Positions 20,801-25,529 of a stretch of DNA of 25,529 bases are shown here, piece after piece (position 1 is the stretch's first letter; each line of letters starts with the position of its first letter). The DNA comes from Nitrosomonas europaea (lineage in GTDB: Bacteria; Pseudomonadota; Gammaproteobacteria; Burkholderiales; Nitrosomonadaceae). The DNA lies in the NCBI RefSeq assembly GCF_900167395.1, contig NZ_FUWK01000039.1:1-25529 (forward strand), in the 5' to 3' direction. Under the pieces are notes generated by a model, which saw only the letters and a list, made by a program, of their open reading frames with translations, was not told the DNA's origin and ran no database searches. The position numbers and the translations under genes are program-made.

Positions 20801-21307
20801 GCAATTTCTACCAGTGAATTCAATACGGAGAACAGCCGGGTCAGACGCCCGGCAAAACTTTCTCTGTATAACGGACAGCCCGACACTACTGTCGACGTCG
20901 ATAACATTTCTCTGAAGGATGCAGAAGGTAATGATCTGGTTCTCAACGGCGATTTCTCCGATGGAATGTCGCACTGGTTTTTTTCTACCGACAGCCATCT
21001 TCCCTGGCATATCAAAAATCTTTTTTTACACATCTTCTTCGAACAGGGCTGGTTTGGCCTCGCCTGCTTTATCGTATTGACAGGCTACCTGCTGACACGC
21101 GGGTTGATACGTACATGGCACAATGACGTACTCCACCTGGTTTTATGCATATCATTGGGAGCGTTCCTCGCCATTGGCATTGTCGATAGTCTGATCGATG
21201 AACCCCGGCTTGCTTTTTTGTTTTACCTGCTGATGATTACCGGGTCGATCTCCGATACACACCCGCTACCTCTTCTTTCTGGCAACCGTACCCGAAATAC
21301 TGCATGA
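17855..21307 (+). CDS. Large polytopic membrane protein: VanZ-like modules + low-complexity linker + O-antigen ligase (Wzy_C)-like domain with an inserted beta-sandwich/CBM-like module
   Basis: An uninterrupted 1150-codon ORF. The TTG start at 17855 is preceded by AGGGGA. VanZ-type signatures: AVEFTQQFFSPRTVSLNDL and VIEAGKLFSPDTHPDPTNVL. Wzy_C-type signatures: VTFSRGGQIAF, FGMGSGSF and HIKNLFLHIFFEQGWFG. CBM-like strings: LVLNGDFSDGMSHWF and VDVDNISLKD. Confidence refers to it being a real gene, not to its function. Confidence 0.75.
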   Translation: MHKPSVHDFSQPDTGNQAVPVYLVAGYLFFVIYGSLVPFSWNGLAFDTAWENFQHIPLLELGVASRADLVANLLLYIPLGLLTCGLFTGRSRDPLVLATGIVLSLLFSTVIALAVEFTQQFFSPRTVSLNDLYAEFAGALSGALLWPLIGMRLQKITLDILHGGKNARHAALLTYTLVYLILSFFPYDLLLSYDEWQQKLTSGQMGWLFAPSCGNSCTWKLIPEALLVAPLAIFLFQPLQRTSLILAATTGIMLGVLIEGLQLTIVSGISQGASIISRMAGMMLGTALIQISPRVNWYWLHPYIRPLLLLGLIPYLGVLVLINYRLSGNWLGLTEGIERLKEIHFLPFYYHYFTTELVALMSLLLQAGAYLPVGIGFWLWHRTKLSFNSQHYCISHPGVTAGILSCVIEAGKLFSPDTHPDPTNVLIAAVSASLACYLLNLLFPVKSEVSPNNGKLNIPQTTDSDHKVISGSNGKAADQINDPEKITSQHNRQSPPPTFSATLSRTETSAFTGASEQQPPPSRRPGWPAIAGTIALLLAGIAAITSPLGALWVSFPLIIYSALLWWRPDLWLVWVLAFLPLLDLTPWSGRLYWTEYDTLLLATAGIGYLRLCFHPYTQPILRRPAALALALFVISTAISLGIALFPLSPLDQNAFTSYYSSYNGLRSVKGILFALLFIPLLTREWNAPETAARRLALGMSLGFAAEILYVLWERITFPGLFNFETDYRITGSFHGMHTGGAYIEGFLVLAAPFTVLWAWQQRNTLITLLTIGLYCLGAYCVMVTFSRGGQIAFGLVTVLLATGFSGFVLRRRTRIFSSISITILITVLAGTIAWPILSGPYSQSRFATVEKDVVTRADHWQDSIDIALVRGSPVFGMGSGSFPYAFFWYSSVPARPSTYTFATEDKNTYLQLGSGETLYFEQPVAVEPGQRYMLTMNLRSQAPNAAITAPVCEKALLYSFRCFWLSLRLDKVPPGKWGYYEAAISTSEFNTENSRVRRPAKLSLYNGQPDTTVDVDNISLKDAEGNDLVLNGDFSDGMSHWFFSTDSHLPWHIKNLFLHIFFEQGWFGLACFIVLTGYLLTRGLIRTWHNDVLHLVLCISLGAFLAIGIVDSLIDEPRLAFLFYLLMITGSISDTHPLPLLSGNRTRNTA

Positions 21308-21344
21308 CAAATCTTGATAAAGTGTTCCCCAACGAGAGATGTGT

Positions 21345-21353
21345 TGGTATAAT
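21345..21353 (+). promoter_or_regulatory. Extended -10 promoter (TGgTATAAT) for tRNA-Lys
   Basis: TGGTATAAT ends 10 nt before tRNA position 1 (21364). No good -35 is present, which is consistent with an extended -10 promoter. Confidence 0.4.
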
Positions 21354-21363
21354 TGCCGCCTTC

Positions 21364-21439
21364 GGGTCGTTAGCTCAGCCGGTAGAGCAGCGGACTTTTA
21401 ATCCGTTGGTCGCGCGTTCGAATCGCGCACGGCCTACCA
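21364..21439 (+). tRNA. tRNA-Lys (anticodon UUU), CCA encoded
   Basis: A 76-nt cloverleaf read by hand: acceptor GGGTCGT/ACGGCCT, D arm GCTC-AGCCGGTA-GAGC, anticodon arm GCGGA-CTTTTAA-TCCGT, variable loop TGGTC, T arm GCGCG-TTCGAAT-CGCGC, then A-CCA. It is near-identical to E. coli tRNA-Lys except in the 3' acceptor strand. Confidence 0.93.
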
Positions 21440-21444
21440 GATAC

Positions 21445-21484
21445 AGGCACTTGGTCATATACTGATCAAGTGCCTTTTTTATTT
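21445..21484 (+). terminator. Rho-independent terminator after tRNA-Lys
   Basis: AGGCACTTGGTCA / TGATCAAGTGCCT form a 13-bp stem (one G-U) with a 5-nt loop, followed by TTTTTTATTT. Confidence 0.8.
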
Positions 21485-21584
21485 CTTAGATTTTTAAGGC
21501 GTTTGGATCAGATCCGGACCATACTTCACACTGGTTGTGACGCGATCGAACCCGTCAGCAGAGAGAACCACTTTTCCTCCACTC

Positions 21585-22235
21585 ATGTTTCTTGTTGATT
21601 TCATTATTCATATTGATAGCCATCTGCAGGAACTCGTCTCGGAATACGGTGTATGGGTGAATGGCATTCTTTTTCTAATCGTATTCTGCGAAACCGGGCT
21701 GGTCGTATTTCCTTTTCTGCCTGGAGATTCCTTGCTGTTTGCTGCAGGCTCACTGGCATCCTTGCAGGGATCGCAGCTCGACCCTCATTTCCTGTTCGTC
21801 GGACTGACGCTGGCGGGTATTCTGGGAGACAGCGTCAATTACTGGGTGGGTAAGAAATTCGGAATAACCATTTTTACTTCAGGAAAATTCCGTTTCCTGA
21901 AACAGGAACATCTGGATAAGACTCACGCTTTTTACCTCAAATATGGCGGTAAAACTATCATCATCGCCCGCTTCATCCCCATCATCCGTACTTTTGCCCC
22001 GTTTGTCGCAGGTATTGGGACGATGCCTTATCGCAAATTCATTGCCTATAACGTCATCGGCGCTGTTCTGTGGGTCGGCATATTCGTTTATGCCGGATTT
22101 TATTTCGGGCAACTGCCGCTGATACAAAAAAATTTCAAACTCGTCATTCTTGCAATCATCATTTTATCGATCACTCCTCCGCTCATCGAATATCTCAGAC
22201 ACCGTTTCGGGAAAAACAGGCCAGGCGTGAGTTGA
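21585..22235 (+). CDS. DedA-family (SNARE-associated/VTT domain) inner-membrane protein
   Basis: The ATG at 21585 (MFLVDFIIHIDSHLQEL...) is preferred over the GTG at 21537. Signature FCETGLVVFPFLPGDSLLFAAG is present, plus GKTIIIARFIPIIRTFAPFVAG. Confidence 0.85.
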   Translation: MFLVDFIIHIDSHLQELVSEYGVWVNGILFLIVFCETGLVVFPFLPGDSLLFAAGSLASLQGSQLDPHFLFVGLTLAGILGDSVNYWVGKKFGITIFTSGKFRFLKQEHLDKTHAFYLKYGGKTIIIARFIPIIRTFAPFVAGIGTMPYRKFIAYNVIGAVLWVGIFVYAGFYFGQLPLIQKNFKLVILAIIILSITPPLIEYLRHRFGKNRPGVS

Positions 22236-22271
22236 TCTGCTTTATTCGGACATATCAGATTGACATAAATC

Positions 22272-24917
22272 TTACGCCACTACCCGCTGCCGATTAGGAT
22301 TTCTCAGCAGGGAGGGCAAAATGATGAGTGTACAGATCAGGGTAAACGCCAGTCCGACCGTAAGCAGCGCCCCCATGCTGGCAGTACCTTTGTGCGATGA
22401 GAACATGAGGCTGGCAAAATCAACCAGAGCGGTCAGGGCACTGTAGAAAATAGCCCGTGCCGTGCTGGTATGGATCAGGATTTCATTCTCGACCCTGTTA
22501 TCCATACTGCGGTGGACCATGTGCAAACTGCTGTCGATACCCAGGCCCAGCAAGAGCGGTAATGCGATGATATTGGCAAAATTGAACGGTATATCCAGCA
22601 GAACGGTAAAAACCCCGGTAAATATGCTGGATAACAACAACGGGATCAATACCAGTACAGTATATTTTATGCTGCGCAGCATAATCAGCAGCGCAACCAC
22701 CACCCCCACCAGTGCCAGTGAAAATGCCTGAAAAAAAGCATCGATTACGGCATCACCTGCTTCCAGGCTGATCACCGGCATTCCCGTCGCCTGGGGAGCC
22801 ACCTGCTGTACCGATCTGACGAAATGGCGCAGTAATCCGTTATCACCGATATCTTCCGACGGATACACGGCAATACGATACTCTCCTGTATGGCTGTGCC
22901 AGCGGCCGGCGATCGATTCCGGCAATTCCTGTTCGCTGAAAGGCACCGCCTCGATCAGATTGTATAAACGCTGAAGTGCGACCGATAGCGTGGAAAGCAG
23001 ATCTTCCTCTAATGAACGCAACAATTTCTGCCTTTCACCCGCATCTGCTTTATCCAATCGGTCGAGTAATGATCTGACTGAATCTCTGAGCCCCCGTGCA
23101 GAAGCCGATACGGCCGAATCAGGGTGCTGGACCAGGTATCGATCCAACGCCGTATTCAGAGTAGTAAGCGCCTGTATCTGTTGGGGTATGGTATGTTCAT
23201 GTGTCGCTGATCTGGTAACGGATAACCCGGGGCCCATGATCAGCGACATTTCTTCGATGACTGCCAGTTTCGCTTCCTGCTCTGATGGCACGAGATCCAG
23301 AATCGAAACCACCTTGCTTACCTCGGGCAGCTTGATCAAATTGTTCTGCAGCTGCTGAATCTCCTTGCGATCCTCAGTCAGCACAACTGCATACCACGGT
23401 GAATGATCGGGTGATGCCAGCAACTCACGAAAAGTTTGCACGGCCTCTCCTTTTGGATCCTGCATATTGAGCAGATTGTAATCAAATCTGATCTGTGGCC
23501 ACAGTACGATGGCAAGCAACAGTAACAAACCAACCGAGATATGCGTCAGTTTCCGCCACTTGAGTGAAAATTCGAGCGCCTTGCCCAACGTTTTTCTACC
23601 GTTGGGTTCAACGGCTGATCTCCCTGACAAATACCGCAATAGTGCAGGCCCGATGATGAAGGTGACGATCAGGCTGATCAGCATGCCTGTGCCGGAAATG
23701 ATGCCCAGTTCTGCCACTCCGCTGTAACTGGTTGGTATGAATGCGTAGAAACCAAGCGCATTTGCAACGGTGCAGGCAGTCAGGGCAACACCGGCCTCAC
23801 CCCCAGCCTTGTATATCGCGTCGTTCGCGGATAGCCCATTCTCCAGCATTTCCCGGAAGCGAAGCAGGAAATGGATGGCAAAGTCCGCACCCAGGCCGAT
23901 ATATAACACCGCAAAAGCGATGGATATCACGTTCAGCTGGCCAATTGCAACCGTTGCAAAAGCGGCTGTCAGAATCAGGCCCACTCCCAGGCAGATCAGC
24001 ACGGCAAGAGTCATGCCCACCGTATGCATGGCTGAGTAAAGTACCGCACCCACCATGATGAATGTGACTACCCCGGCGACTTCCATACCATCCAGCGAGC
24101 TCTTGAGCTCGTCATCCGCCAGTGCTACGTCTCCGGTAATACGCAGTTGGATCGGACCATCATCTGTCAAACCGATCTGTTCTGCTGCCGTACGCACTGC
24201 CAGTATGGGTTGCTTACCCGGAAGCAACTCCGAATAATCCGGCCTGGGTTTGACGATGATTATTTCCTGATAGCTGGTTTTTGCAGGCTCACCACGAAAC
24301 AATGTTTGCCACGACAACGGTCGTGATTTCCCGGCGAGCCGTGCATCCATCGTTTCACTCACACCGTTGAAAACCGGCCCCAGTTCCAGGTACTGGCCTT
24401 TATTCAATTCATCAACCGCCTGCGTGAGCAGTCCAATAAAGGAATACAGTGTCGGATCACGGCTGATCTGTGCAATCAGTGGCTGTGCCTCAGCCAGATG
24501 ATCTGCAATGTGATTGAGCTGTGGAATATCCTCGTAGAGCAGTCCGTTACGCCCAAAAAAATCATCCGTACCGGGCGCATAAACATCAGAAAAGTTTTTA
24601 CTGTCTTTTTTTAGGGATACCACCAGACGGCTTGCAGTGGAATAGGCCTGTTCAGGAGTCGGTGCACTCAGCACCAGCAGCAGAATGCCTGAATCCTGCG
24701 GAAATGCTTTGTCGTACTTTACGCTGTTGATACGAAACGGCAAATGCTCGGAAAGCATATCCGTAGTATCGGTATTCATGCCCAAATTGCGTGCGGTATA
24801 AACCGCACTTGCCACGGTAAAAAGCAATGCAATCAGCAGAACCCAGGGAGCATAGCGGTAACTGAAGCTGGTACAAAACGCGAAAAGATTGTAAGTACAG
24901 TTATGTGAAAATTTCAT
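22272..24917 (-). CDS. hpnN: RND-superfamily MMPL-type transporter, HpnN-like (hopanoid-associated exporter family)
   Basis: 881 aa with two 6-TM bundles and two large periplasmic loops. The N-terminus (YTARNLGMNTDTTDMLSEHLPFR...AFPQDSGILLLVLSAPTPEQA) resembles what I recall of the HpnN N-terminal pattern. RND/MMPL membership is solid; HpnN orthology is less certain and no hpn genes are in the window. Confidence 0.7.
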   Translation of the reverse strand: MKFSHNCTYNLFAFCTSFSYRYAPWVLLIALLFTVASAVYTARNLGMNTDTTDMLSEHLPFRINSVKYDKAFPQDSGILLLVLSAPTPEQAYSTASRLVVSLKKDSKNFSDVYAPGTDDFFGRNGLLYEDIPQLNHIADHLAEAQPLIAQISRDPTLYSFIGLLTQAVDELNKGQYLELGPVFNGVSETMDARLAGKSRPLSWQTLFRGEPAKTSYQEIIIVKPRPDYSELLPGKQPILAVRTAAEQIGLTDDGPIQLRITGDVALADDELKSSLDGMEVAGVVTFIMVGAVLYSAMHTVGMTLAVLICLGVGLILTAAFATVAIGQLNVISIAFAVLYIGLGADFAIHFLLRFREMLENGLSANDAIYKAGGEAGVALTACTVANALGFYAFIPTSYSGVAELGIISGTGMLISLIVTFIIGPALLRYLSGRSAVEPNGRKTLGKALEFSLKWRKLTHISVGLLLLLAIVLWPQIRFDYNLLNMQDPKGEAVQTFRELLASPDHSPWYAVVLTEDRKEIQQLQNNLIKLPEVSKVVSILDLVPSEQEAKLAVIEEMSLIMGPGLSVTRSATHEHTIPQQIQALTTLNTALDRYLVQHPDSAVSASARGLRDSVRSLLDRLDKADAGERQKLLRSLEEDLLSTLSVALQRLYNLIEAVPFSEQELPESIAGRWHSHTGEYRIAVYPSEDIGDNGLLRHFVRSVQQVAPQATGMPVISLEAGDAVIDAFFQAFSLALVGVVVALLIMLRSIKYTVLVLIPLLLSSIFTGVFTVLLDIPFNFANIIALPLLLGLGIDSSLHMVHRSMDNRVENEILIHTSTARAIFYSALTALVDFASLMFSSHKGTASMGALLTVGLAFTLICTLIILPSLLRNPNRQRVVA

Positions 24918-25212
24918 TGTTCCCTGCTCTGGCTCCAGATCGTATATTGCATTTCAGATTTCTCATTACGGACAGTATTTTAGAGCAGTTGGGGTGAAAA
25001 TACCGTCAGATCTCTGATGACTGCTGCACAGAACACGTGCAGGCAATACAGATAGAGAATAGTTGGCGCGAGAATACTCGGGAGATGCAGAATGAATCAG
25101 GTGTTCAATCTCGCTATGCACTGACAGTGGCATCAGTGCAGGGAATCCGGAAAAAATCCAGAATTCCCCGCATTTTTAAAGGCTGATCAGCTCCGGAAAA
25201 CTAATCGTGAAT

Positions 25213-25529
25213 TGTAGTAGTTCAGATTTGATCTGACAGCAGGTCTTGCCAAGAGGTGGGATTACCCGGTTTGATAGAGGTGCGAATCTTTATCAACCAA
25301 ACGCGAAAGCGTAAAGGAGTAATCCCATGAGCAGTGTTCATCATAAAATCATTAAACACAAGATTGGCTTGCTTAATCTGGCAGCTGAGCTTGGCAATGT
25401 ATCCCGTGCCTGTAAGGTGATGGGTTTTTCTCGCGATACTTTCTATCGCTATCAGGCAGCTGTGGAAACAGGAGGTGTTGAAGCTCTGATAGATGCAAAC
25501 CGACGTAAGCCCAATATCAAGAACCGTGT
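25213..25529 (+). mobile_element. Left part of an insertion sequence (boundary tentative)
   Basis: Transposase gene as above. A TGTAG... string at 25213, 114 nt upstream of the ATG, is a plausible terminal repeat start. It cannot be confirmed without the other IS end. Confidence 0.3.
25327..25529 (+). CDS. IS transposase, N-terminal HTH region (3' end outside the window)
   Basis: The ATG at 25327 has AAGGAG 8 nt upstream. The frame is open to the window end: MSSVHHKIIKHKIGLLNLAAELGNVSRACKVMGFSRDTFYRYQAAVETGGVEALIDANRRKPNIKNRV. This HTH N-terminus is of the kind found on rve/DDE transposases usually annotated as IS481-like. It is absent from the ORF track because no stop lies in the window. 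Confidence 0.75.
   Translation, partial: MSSVHHKIIKHKIGLLNLAAELGNVSRACKVMGFSRDTFYRYQAAVETGGVEALIDANRRKPNIKNR

Noticed and set aside
25085-25186. 33-codon ORF (MQNESGVQSRYALTVASVQGIRKKSRIPRIFKG) in the hpnN-IS spacer
   Set aside because: The GGGAG abuts the ATG with no spacing. The ORF overlaps stem-loop elements, and there is no supporting signal that it is coding.

Overview
This 25.5-kb window looks like ordinary proteobacterial chromosome (about 50% GC, tightly packed genes). I cannot assign a taxon from sequence alone. Gene content fits a beta- or gammaproteobacterium: an endonuclease-type MutL (typical of bacteria that lack MutH), HemJ, an HpnN-like transporter and a type IV pilus minor-pilin operon. 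Left to right: the 3' end of a LuxR/NarL-type response regulator; mutL (-); rpiA, phoU and ppx (+); a six-gene minor-pilin/PilY1 operon on the minus strand (fimU-like GspH pilin, pilV, pilW, pilX, pilY1, pilE); a His/Gly-rich periplasmic Spy/CpxP/ZraP-like protein (-); ligA; an MTA/MTI phosphorylase translationally coupled to a peptide deformylase paralog; hemJ (-); a 1150-aa polytopic membrane protein; tRNA-Lys(UUU) with its own promoter and a strong intrinsic terminator; a DedA-family protein; an HpnN-like RND/MMPL transporter (-); and the 5' end of an IS transposase at the right edge. I found no CRISPR array, rRNA, toxin-antitoxin pair or recognisable defence system. The most unusual object is the 1150-aa protein. 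It fuses tandem VanZ-like membrane modules, a low-complexity linker, and an O-antigen-ligase (Wzy_C)-like domain whose catalytic periplasmic loop carries an inserted jelly-roll/carbohydrate-binding-like module. Secondary oddities are about 330 nt of unexplained sequence (or a very long leader) between pilW and the pilX transmembrane core, the His/Gly-rich LTxxQ protein, and a tRNA-Lys whose 3' acceptor strand creates two G-U wobble pairs. All family assignments come from motif recognition by eye; no database search was run.
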